A stretch of 64,000 bases of DNA from a bacterium. Lineage in GTDB: Bacteria > T1Sed10-126. The translations under genes and the position numbers were made by a program. The stretch covers positions 380 to 64,379 of the forward strand of contig PWHN01000057.1 in NCBI GenBank assembly GCA_003554945.1, written 5' to 3'. Numbering within the stretch: position 1 is the stretch's first letter; every line of letters starts with the position of its first letter. A model generated the notes under the pieces. It saw only the letters and a program-made list of their open reading frames with translations. It had not been told where the DNA came from and made no database searches. This document shows positions 21,048-29,322 of the stretch, piece after piece.

Positions 21048-23433
21048 AGACACTCCCCAGGAAGAACTTAACTACGTTGGTAAAGGAACTGAACGAGTTG
21101 ATACAACTGAAAAATTAACTGGAAAGGCCAAATACACCGGCGATTTGCGCATGCCCGGCATGCTCCACGCCGCCGTCAAACGCAGTCCTCATGCTCGCGC
21201 AAAAATTAATAACATCGACACCTCCGACGCTGAAGCCATCCCCGGTGTCCACGCCGTTGTAACCGGAAAAGAATTTGATTACAAACTCGGTCTCTACCTG
21301 GTCGATAAGGATGTTCTCGCCCGGGAACGTGTCCGCCACCACGGTGAGGCAGTTGCTGCCGTCGCCGCAGAATCTCCCGGTTTGGCCGAGCAAGCAGTGA
21401 AAAAAATTGACGTTGATTACGAAGTTGAAGAACCTGTTCTTGACGCCCTCGAAGCTATTGAGGATGACGACAAGCTTGTTCACCCCGAACTGGACGACTA
21501 CGATTACTTTGAGCCCGCCTTCTCCCCTCAACCCGGCACTAACGTCGCCAACCACACTAAGATCCGTAAAGGCGACGTAGAACAAGGTTTTGAAGAGGCT
21601 GACCACGTAATTGAACGGGAATACACTAATCCCAACGTCCAGCACGTACCGATGGAAACACACGTCGCCGTGGCAAGCTGGAAGGAACAGGATGAGCTTG
21701 ATGTCCATACATCATGTCAGTCCCCCTTCACCGTCCGCAATCTTCTCTGCGTCGCTTTTGACCTGCCCCATACAAATGTTCATGTAGAAGTTCCTTACGT
21801 TGGTGGCGGGTTTGGTGGTAAAGCGGGAATTGGTGTCGAACCTCTGGCCGCCTGTCTGTCTAAAAAAGCTAATGGCCGGCCGGTAAAACTGGAAGCCAGC
21901 CGCGAGGAAGAGTTCAGTCTACTTCCCTGCCGCAGCGGACTAACCTACCGGATTAAATCCGGTGTTACCGAAGACGGTGACCTCGTGGCCCAAAAAATGA
22001 CAATGTTCTGGGACTCCGGCGCTTACGCCGATTATGCCGTTAATGTCACACGGGCATCGGCTTACTCGGCTTCCGGCCCCTACGAAATTCCCAACGCCCA
22101 CGTCGATGCTTATACGATTTACACAAATAAACCCTACGGCACTGCTTACCGTGGTTTCGGACACGTTGAGTTCTCCTGGGGTCTTGAACGACACATGGAC
22201 TTACTTGCTGAAACTATTGATATGGATCCACTTGAATTTAGAAAACAAAACGCTCTCAAACCCGGTTCCATTACGATTACCGGCGAGAAGATAGTGGAAA
22301 ACACCGGCAATGTAACTAAGTGCATGGAAGTGGCCGCTGAGGCCATAAATTATGGCGAACTCACGCCTGAAGAAAAAAAGCGACAGGAAGAGACGGGAAT
22401 GAAGATCGCCAAATCCGTCTCCGCTCTGCACAAGGCGCCGGCTATGCCCTCCTTCACTGCAACCGCCGCCGAACTGCGCATGAACGAAGATGGCTCTATA
22501 AATGCCGATCTATCTCTAACGGAATACGGACAGGGAACTTACACCGCCCTCACCCAGATTATTGCTGAGGAACTGGGCTTCCCGCCGGAGCGTATCAACC
22601 TGAGCATTAAAGGGGATACGGACAAGGCGCCCTACGACTGGCAGACAGTCGCTTCCAAGGGCCTGCTGATGTCCGGTAACGCCTGCATTAAGGCTGCGCG
22701 CGATCTGCTTGAGAAGGCCTACCAGGACGCCTCTGAAGTCCTACGCGCCGACCCCTGTGACCTCGACCATAACGAAAACGAAATTTACATTAAACATCAC
22801 CCCGAAGAATCCGTAACTTTCTCAGAACTTGCTGTTGGGTATGCTTATCCAACCGGCGAAGGTATCGGCGGCCCGATTATCGGTGTCGGACGCTACATGG
22901 CCCAGGGGTTGACCAATCTTGATAAAGAGACCGGCCAGGGTGAGCCGGCCCTGGACTGGACTTACGGCTCCCACGGCGTTGTCGTTGAAGTCAACGAAAT
23001 AACCGGTGAGTTTAACATCCTTAAAGTCGCCTCCGCTTTTGACGTTGGAAAAGCTATTAACCCCGCCAATATCCGCGGCCAGGTGATCGGTGGACTGATC
23101 CAGGGGTTAGGAACAACCATCTGCGAAGGTTACGCTTACGACGACGAAGGACACCTGCTTAACCCCTCCTTTACCGACAACAAAATTCCCACTTCTATGG
23201 ACGTCCCCGAGGAAATTGAAGGTATAGTAATTGAAACGCCTCAAATAGACGGCCCCTACGGGGCTCGCGGCGTCGGCGAACACCCCATGATTGCTCTCTG
23301 CGGCGCTATCGGCAACGCAATTTACTACGCCGCCGGTGCCGACCTGACCCACATGCCCATTCGCTCCGAGGACGTCTGGTGGGCCCTGCATAAGGACGAG
23401 GACCGCGATCGACCAAGATATTCGATCTGCTGA
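21040..23433 (+). CDS. Xanthine dehydrogenase-family molybdopterin-binding (large) subunit
   Basis: GGGFGGK, AYRGFG, EYGQG, GARGVGE (catalytic Glu); lacks the CO dehydrogenase AYxCSFR loop. Confidence 0.93.
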   Translation: MREDTPQEELNYVGKGTERVDTTEKLTGKAKYTGDLRMPGMLHAAVKRSPHARAKINNIDTSDAEAIPGVHAVVTGKEFDYKLGLYLVDKDVLARERVRHHGEAVAAVAAESPGLAEQAVKKIDVDYEVEEPVLDALEAIEDDDKLVHPELDDYDYFEPAFSPQPGTNVANHTKIRKGDVEQGFEEADHVIEREYTNPNVQHVPMETHVAVASWKEQDELDVHTSCQSPFTVRNLLCVAFDLPHTNVHVEVPYVGGGFGGKAGIGVEPLAACLSKKANGRPVKLEASREEEFSLLPCRSGLTYRIKSGVTEDGDLVAQKMTMFWDSGAYADYAVNVTRASAYSASGPYEIPNAHVDAYTIYTNKPYGTAYRGFGHVEFSWGLERHMDLLAETIDMDPLEFRKQNALKPGSITITGEKIVENTGNVTKCMEVAAEAINYGELTPEEKKRQEETGMKIAKSVSALHKAPAMPSFTATAAELRMNEDGSINADLSLTEYGQGTYTALTQIIAEELGFPPERINLSIKGDTDKAPYDWQTVASKGLLMSGNACIKAARDLLEKAYQDASEVLRADPCDLDHNENEIYIKHHPEESVTFSELAVGYAYPTGEGIGGPIIGVGRYMAQGLTNLDKETGQGEPALDWTYGSHGVVVEVNEITGEFNILKVASAFDVGKAINPANIRGQVIGGLIQGLGTTICEGYAYDDEGHLLNPSFTDNKIPTSMDVPEEIEGIVIETPQIDGPYGARGVGEHPMIALCGAIGNAIYYAAGADLTHMPIRSEDVWWALHKDEDRDRPRYSIC

Positions 23434-23533
23434 CGATTTCGTCTTAAATACTCGCAGCGACTTCTTACTCAAGGACACATCACCTCTGTGGGGACGTGTC
23501 TCTGCCCTCTTCGAAAACTCCTTCGATATTCTT

Positions 23534-24238
23534 TTGGATGATTACCTGGTAAATATCAACTCCGCTCGTCCCGCCCTACATCCGCTGGGAATACTGAGCC
23601 CCGCTTCACTTATTTCTGAAGTCCGCACTGACCAGACGGCTACACTTGAGCCCAACCAGCTTCAAATTGGGTCGCGACAATTCCAGCTTCAGACCCATTT
23701 CGAGCCACCACCTCCTCCTGCAGCAAATGAATTAAAAAATATTGATCTCTCCCCCCTGCGCAAATGTCTCAAAATCCAGGTTAATAAAAGCCGACACAGC
23801 TCTTGCCTCTTGACAAACGATTTTGACTCTCCGCCTGAAATTATTTCCCGCGCCGGACGCGCTTTAGTCGCACAGCTGAATGAAAAACAGGTTGATTTTA
23901 ACCGGCTGTTAAATTACTTTGGCGACGGTGAGGGACTTACCCCTTCTTTTGACGACATCTGCGCTGGAATGCTCTTCGTTGACCGACGGCTAAACTGCAG
24001 CAATGTTAAGCTGCCCGGCGACCTTTTCGAACGGCTAAAAAACAAAACTACCCTGACCAGCCGCTGGCAACTTGAGTTTGCTCGGCGGGGGAAGCTCAGT
24101 CTGGCTTTCGAACAGCTATTTAACCGGCTGATAGAGGGAAAAGTAGCAATTAAAGACTGCTTCTCAGCCTGTCGCTGCGGTCATACTTCGGGTGCAGACA
24201 TATTAACCGGAATTTATCTTTATTTTGAAAATTTCTAA
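23534..24238 (+). CDS. DUF2877 / YlbF (AllH)-like protein
   Basis: GDGEGLTPSFDD and GHTSGADILTG motifs; reading frame stays open about 40 codons upstream of the TTG. Confidence 0.8.
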   Translation: MDDYLVNINSARPALHPLGILSPASLISEVRTDQTATLEPNQLQIGSRQFQLQTHFEPPPPPAANELKNIDLSPLRKCLKIQVNKSRHSSCLLTNDFDSPPEIISRAGRALVAQLNEKQVDFNRLLNYFGDGEGLTPSFDDICAGMLFVDRRLNCSNVKLPGDLFERLKNKTTLTSRWQLEFARRGKLSLAFEQLFNRLIEGKVAIKDCFSACRCGHTSGADILTGIYLYFENF

Positions 24239-24650
24239 CCACTCAACACTGTTCACCCAACATATAGTTAAATGCAAAGTTTGACCGTTTTATACCTTCC
24301 TGATCAACATAATCTGTGCCTCAAACTATGCATATAACTTAACCAACCGCGAGTTGCCTTCAAAACCACCTTTTTAACACCATATTACTCTCCCCTAACT
24401 ACGCCCACGTCCGTTCAACCCCTTTAACGCACTCTTTTTAGACAGCCTTTTCCCTGCACAAAGCCTGAAAAACCCAATTTTTCCTGGTTTTTACAAAATT
24501 GAATTGGTAACTGTTTAGCGCCTATCGTCATATTTCGTTTAGTTCGTCATTTCGACCCCAGAGCTGGAAAACACCAGCTTAAAGCTCAAAGCTAATTCAA
24601 ATCCATTAAGTGCTCATAATCTTGTTCTTTAACTTGAGTTTGGTTTTGGT

Positions 24651-25030
24651 CTTTCGCCTCTTCGCCCCGTCGCCCGCTCGCCTCTTCGAGCATTCCGGCC
24701 TCCGAGCCGGAATCCAGAGGCGTTGAGCTTTTGATTGTCATTCCTGCGGAAGCGGGAATCCAGCGGCGTTGAATTTGAATTAAGAAAAAGTCAATGTCAA
24801 AGTCACTGGATTGTCCGGTCAAGCCGGACAATGACGACCAATAGATCAAGCCCGTTCTTGAATTTGACGTCATTCCGGCCTCCGAGCCGGAATCCATCTT
24901 GAAGAGCAGTAATCGGTAATCGGTAATCAGTGTTCAGTGAAGTCAAAACCGATTACCGAATACCGAACACCGTTTACTGAACTTCTTGCAGGTCAAGTCC
25001 TGGGACGTTATTCGTTCCCGCAATGACGGC
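24651..25030. repeat. Cluster of REP-like palindromes plus 8-nt and 7-nt tandem units
   Basis: CATTCCGGCCTCCGAGCCGGAATCCA twice (24691, 24871), GTCATTCCTGCGGAAGCGGGAATCCAG (24737), GGATTGTCCGGTCAAGCCGGACAATGAC, NNNTCGCC x4-5 (24651-24690), CGGTAAT heptamers with inverted copy (24907-24982). Confidence 0.85.
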
Positions 25031-25254
25031 CGATAGAGCATACCCGTAACGGCGGCGGTGGCGCCAAATAAATACGCAAATTGCTATCAATCGAATAAAA
25101 ACAAATATTGTTCTGTTATATTCAATGAATAGATAAACGACCACACTAACTACACCCCCTCAGAAAAAATTTCCTCCTTGAAGGGGGGAAAGACAAAGGG
25201 AGATGAAATATAGCCCTCGCACGCAAGGGAAAAGGCAACTTTTTAGAAAGTCTC

Positions 25255-25284
25255 TAACTACGTCAAAGTATTTTGACGTAGTTA
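25255..25284. promoter_or_regulatory. Perfect 13-bp inverted repeat upstream of the recombinase (candidate recombination/operator site)
   Basis: TAACTACGTCAAA-GTAT-TTTGACGTAGTTA; function inferred. Confidence 0.55.
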
Positions 25285-25349
25285 TGGATAAATTCCACGC
25301 TGATGGGTGGTCTATCATGCAAAAAACATTGGAGGTAAGTGGCGGCTCC

Positions 25350-26288
25350 ATGCCGACGGCACATCTGCTGGCGGAGGATTTTCAACGCATGTTGACGGAA
25401 AACGACTACAGTCAGAGCACCTGCTCCACTTACCTCCGCTTCGTCGAACCCTTCCTCAAAGAAAATCCTCATCCCGCAGAAATGGACCGTTATGACGTCG
25501 GACGGTACATCCTCAAGTGGCGCAATCAGCTCAGCAATAACTCGATGAAACTGGCCACCAGCGCCCTGATTAAATTTTACAAATACCTTAAGTTTTACCA
25601 CGGTTTCCGACGGGCCGACGCAGTTATCGATCACATCCAGGATTTGAAGGGAGAATTTTTTCGCACCCCCTCTTTTCAACCGGACCCGATGAGCGAGGAT
25701 GAATTAAGTACCCTCTTCCAGTACACCCTGGGGGCAAATCCCCGTCAGGTTAGGCGCCGAAATATCATTACTATACTGCTGGGCACCGGTCTGCGCGTCT
25801 CCGAATTCTGTGCCGTGCGCCGCGATCAGGTTGCGATCCACGAACCCGGCGTCCAGTCACATATTTTTGTTCCCGGGGGAAAAACAGCTTCGGCCCGGCG
25901 CAAAATTCCTCTCCACCGCGACTTCCCCTACTCCAACTCCTGGATACTCGGCGAACGAGTCGTCGAAGCATTCGACAGCTATGAAAAAGTCCGACCCGTT
26001 CCTCGAACTGAGGAAACAGAAAATTTCTGGTTTATCTCCGAACGGGGCCAGCCCATCTCCAAACGTTCCGTCCAGGCAATGTTTACCCGTCTCTGTGAAA
26101 AATCAGGGCTGCAGAAAAAAAGGGCGGAAGCTGATGAAAACTCACTGTCGGTTCACAATCTACGTCACACTTTTGCCACTCAACTGGCCATGCAGGGAGC
26201 TAACGCCTACCAGATCAAGGCTATCCTCGGCCACGCTTCAGTCAGCACCTCCCAGGCCTACATCCGACTGCTCGATCGCGTCGGCTAA
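25350..26288 (+). CDS. Tyrosine recombinase/integrase
   Basis: TGLRVSE (R), GGKT (K), HNLRHTFAT (HxxR), LGH, SQAY (Y); start placed at ATG 25350 downstream of GGAGG. Confidence 0.92.
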   Translation: MPTAHLLAEDFQRMLTENDYSQSTCSTYLRFVEPFLKENPHPAEMDRYDVGRYILKWRNQLSNNSMKLATSALIKFYKYLKFYHGFRRADAVIDHIQDLKGEFFRTPSFQPDPMSEDELSTLFQYTLGANPRQVRRRNIITILLGTGLRVSEFCAVRRDQVAIHEPGVQSHIFVPGGKTASARRKIPLHRDFPYSNSWILGERVVEAFDSYEKVRPVPRTEETENFWFISERGQPISKRSVQAMFTRLCEKSGLQKKRAEADENSLSVHNLRHTFATQLAMQGANAYQIKAILGHASVSTSQAYIRLLDRVG

Positions 26289-26456
26289 AAAACAGTCGTT
26301 ACTCACTCCAAATAGCTTACCTGACCGACCGGGGATAACTAACGCCGGTCCAACCCTACGTTTTTATTTAGTTTATCAGCAATTTTCGATACACTTGTAG
26401 AAATAAGAAACTCACTCAAAACCACTCAACGTCACCCCGGACAGGTGACCCCGGAA

Positions 26457-26588
26457 TCCCCCCTTTCTTTTTCCCCCCTTGAAGGGGGGAAAGACAAAGG
26501 GGGGTGAAGAAAATGGATTGCGGAGCGGGGTCCGCAATGACGAGCAATAGGTCACTATCTGAAAAGTTATTCGTTCCCGACAATGACA
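26457..26588. repeat. Composite REP-like repeat
   Basis: CCCCTTGAAGGGGGGAAAGACAAAGGG plus GGATTGCGGAGCGGGGTCCGCAATGAC plus TTATTCGTTCCCGACAATGAC; related copies at 25177, 25009, 33527 and 57622. Confidence 0.8.
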
Positions 26589-26635
26589 AAAACATTGGAA
26601 GATTTTAAACCCCACAACAGAGGAGTGTAAAAACT

Positions 26636-28162
26636 ATGGAAGTAATCACTAAAATCAAGCAGGACACCTATTACGACTCAGTGACACTGATGCTGGTCAG
26701 CAGCGAAATTGAAAAAATGGAAGCTGTTGAAGAAGCGATGATCGGCATGGGAACGGATTACAACATCGAGAGCCTTCAACGGCTGGATATGTTTGGCACA
26801 GAGCACGAGGACGCAACACCGAATGACCTGATTCTCACCGTAAAAGCAGCCGACGCCAAAGCGGGCGAAAAAGCTATTGAAACGGCAGAAGAAAAGCTGA
26901 AAGAAAAATCTCAATCCAGCGGTGGCGTAAGCGCCTACAACCCTCCGACCCAGGAGAGAGCCGCCGACATGCTCCCCGGGGCCAACATGGTCTTAATTTC
27001 TGTGCCGGGTGAGCACGCAGCCAAAGAGGCCCACGAAGCACTGGACAACGACCGGCACGTCATGCTGTTTTCGGACAACGTAAGCCTGGATGAAGAACTG
27101 GAACTGAAAGAAAAAGCGGTGAAAAAAGGACTGCTTATGATGGGGCCCGACTGCGGGACCTCAATTATCAACGGCGTGCCACTCGCCTTCGCCAACGCCG
27201 TTCGCGGGGGTAATATTGGACTGGTCGCCGCCTCGGGCACCGGCCTGCAGGAGACTACGAGCATAATTCATCAGCTTGGTGGCGGTATCAGTCAGGCTAT
27301 CGGTGTCGGCGGACGCGACCTCTCTGCCCAAATTGAAGGGCGAATGACGCTACTGGCCGCCAGGGCCCTCGATCGCGACGACAATACCGATGTTATCACC
27401 CTGATTTCTAAACCACCCGACGAGACAATCCTCGCACCTCTGCTAAAGGAGCTTAATTCACTCAGTAAACCGGTAGTCATTTATTTTATTGGTGCCGATC
27501 AGGCAAAAATTGAAGCGGAAGGATTCACCGCCGCCGGCGACCTGGAGAACGCTGCCGTACAATCCTGCCGGCTCGCTGGTGTTGATGCTGCCGACTCACT
27601 AATAAACCAGGCGGAAATTGAACAAAAAGCGGCCAAAATACAGCTTTCCGGTCCTTATCTACGTGGTCTCTATTCCGGCGGCACTCTCTGCGATGAAGCC
27701 CAGCGAATCCTCCACGATCGGCTGGATGAAATTTACTCGAACACACCCGTTGAAGGTTGTCACGAACTCGAAGACCTCTATCAAAGCAAAGCGCACACAA
27801 TCATCGACCTCGGCGAGGACGAGTTCACCCAGGGACGCGCTCACCCCATGATCGATCCTACACTGCGTAAAGAAAGAATTGTTCAAGAAATGCAAGACCC
27901 TGAAGTGGGGATAATACTGTTGGACGTCGTCCTCGGCTATGGCGCTCATCCGGACATGGCCGGTGCCCTCGTCGAAGCTATAGAAGAGGGTAAATCCGCC
28001 GCGGACAGTCCACCGCTGGTTGCCGCTTCTATCTGTGGAACCGACCAGGACCCGCAAAATTACGAACAGCAGAAAAATACCCTCGAAGAGGCTGGGGTTT
28101 ATGTTTTCCCATCTAACGTCTCCATGGTAAAATTTGCATATCAGTTGTTTGAAACGACATAA
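26636..28162 (+). CDS. fdrA: Acyl-CoA synthetase-like FdrA (AllF/YahF family)
   Basis: YYDSVTLM, MLFSDNV, MMGPDCGT, ASGTGLQE, GLYSGGTLC, GRAHPMIDP, DVVLGYGAHPD. Confidence 0.93.
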   Translation: MEVITKIKQDTYYDSVTLMLVSSEIEKMEAVEEAMIGMGTDYNIESLQRLDMFGTEHEDATPNDLILTVKAADAKAGEKAIETAEEKLKEKSQSSGGVSAYNPPTQERAADMLPGANMVLISVPGEHAAKEAHEALDNDRHVMLFSDNVSLDEELELKEKAVKKGLLMMGPDCGTSIINGVPLAFANAVRGGNIGLVAASGTGLQETTSIIHQLGGGISQAIGVGGRDLSAQIEGRMTLLAARALDRDDNTDVITLISKPPDETILAPLLKELNSLSKPVVIYFIGADQAKIEAEGFTAAGDLENAAVQSCRLAGVDAADSLINQAEIEQKAAKIQLSGPYLRGLYSGGTLCDEAQRILHDRLDEIYSNTPVEGCHELEDLYQSKAHTIIDLGEDEFTQGRAHPMIDPTLRKERIVQEMQDPEVGIILLDVVLGYGAHPDMAGALVEAIEEGKSAADSPPLVAASICGTDQDPQNYEQQKNTLEEAGVYVFPSNVSMVKFAYQLFETT

Positions 28163-28278
28163 CTAAACGCAAAAACGCCAAGAAATCGATTTGGAGGATG
28201 ACATCAAAAACTATAACAACTTTAAGATCAAGAGCGAAAAACACTAAGTCGCAAAGACGCTAAGGAAGACAATTAATT

Positions 28279-28512
28279 ATGGACGAGAATTATTTGAGTA
28301 ATCAAATAATCAATGCTGCTATTGAGGTTCATCAATGGCTCGGTGGACCTGGTTTGTTGGAGTCTGTGTACGAAAAATCTTTAGCAAAAGAGTTACGGGA
28401 TCGTAACTTTAAAATTCAACAACAAGTCAGCTTCCCTATTGAATATAAAGAGGAAGAACTTAATGAAAAATTCAGATAAGAAGGTATCCATCGAGTGGTT
28501 AACAATTTGTAA
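28279..28512 (+). pseudogene. Internally deleted GxxExxY protein
   Basis: GPGLLESVYE motif, stop after EKFR, then in-frame family-type C-terminus EGIHRVVNNL*; central nuclease-like core missing. Confidence 0.8.
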
Positions 28513-28590
28513 TTAAAAACTTTGCGGCTTTGCGCCTTCGCGTTTTTGCTTTTTTTCACTATGTCATTAACCTATAACAGGGTGATTTTT

Positions 28591-28764
28591 ATGAAGCCAA
28601 TTGACTCGCTTTTTAACGAAGAAGTTAAAGTGATTAACCTGGGGATTCCCGCTTTTCGCGACGACCTTGACGAGCAGGGCGTGGAAGTGGTTCACGTCGA
28701 CTGGAGTCCTCCGGCCGGCGGCAACAAAAAAATGCAGTCACTGCTCAACCAGCTCAAGGGGTGA
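28591..28764 (+). CDS. Small stand-alone FdrA C-terminal / YahG N-terminal domain protein (57 aa)
   Basis: VINLGIPAFRDDLDEQGVEVVHVDWSPPAGGN resembles the VINxGxxxF...WxPxAGG segment of FdrA/YahG; GGGTGA RBS. Confidence 0.8.
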   Translation: MKPIDSLFNEEVKVINLGIPAFRDDLDEQGVEVVHVDWSPPAGGNKKMQSLLNQLKG

Positions 28765-28813
28765 CTATTAAAAATCATTTGAGCTTATTAGGATTATCTC
28801 AAAATTTTTCCTC

Positions 28814-29051
28814 GTCATTCCCGCGGAAGCGGGAATCAAGTTGAAGTTCAGTAACCGGTAATCGGTAGTCGGTGATCGGTAACTTCGGTAGTTCAACATC
28901 AAAGTCACTGGATTACCCGGTCGAGCCTTGGGGCGTTATTCGTTCCGGGCAATGACGTTCGGTAATGCTGAATTACGGGTCGGACCCCACAATGATGAGC
29001 GTAAGGTCTTGACTGTCATTCCCGCGGAAGCGGGAATCCAGCGACGTTGAA
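28814..29051. repeat. REP-like cluster
   Basis: GTCATTCCCGCGGAAGCGGGAATC twice (28814, 29015), CGGTA heptamers, TCAAAGTCACTGGATT shared with 24797. Confidence 0.85.
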
Positions 29052-29116
29052 CTTATGATGGTTAAGAAGCATCCGCTTTTGATATTATGATGTTAACCCG
29101 CAACACACAACACGAT

Positions 29117-29308
29117 GTTACTTTCACACTTTTTCACTTTTTAACTTTTTAACTTTGCAACTTTATAACTTTCACACTTTTAAACTTTGTAACTTTCACA
29201 CTTTTAAACTTTGTAACTTTCACACTTTTAAACTTTGTAACTTTCACACTTTTAAACTTTGTAACTTTCACACTTTTTAACTTTCACACTTTTTAACTTT
29301 CACACTCT
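29117..29308 (+). repeat. Phased octamer array (24 x NNNACTTT)
   Basis: 24 in-phase 8-mers including 4 exact 24-bp units CACACTTT-TAAACTTT-GTAACTTT (29173-29268); ends CACACTCT followed by AAGGAGG. Confidence 0.95.
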
Positions 29309-29322
29309 AAGGAGGAAATAAA

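Noticed and set aside
19712-23433. Aerobic CO dehydrogenase (coxMSL order)
   Set aside because: Large subunit has AYRGFG, not the AYxCSFR Cu-binding loop; no cox accessory genes
24592-24897. 101-aa minus-strand ORF
   Set aside because: Translation of REP units (MDSGSEAGMT, WIPASAGMT)
25203-25349. Longer N-terminus of the recombinase from the ORF track
   Set aside because: Starts inside a REP-like unit and runs through the palindrome; the GGAGG points to a later start
25350-26288. Integron integrase or prophage integrase
   Set aside because: No recognisable attC cassettes, IntI-specific insertion, tRNA target or phage genes
24690-29308. CRISPR array in the REP clusters or octamer array
   Set aside because: No constant repeat with unique equal-length spacers and no cas genes
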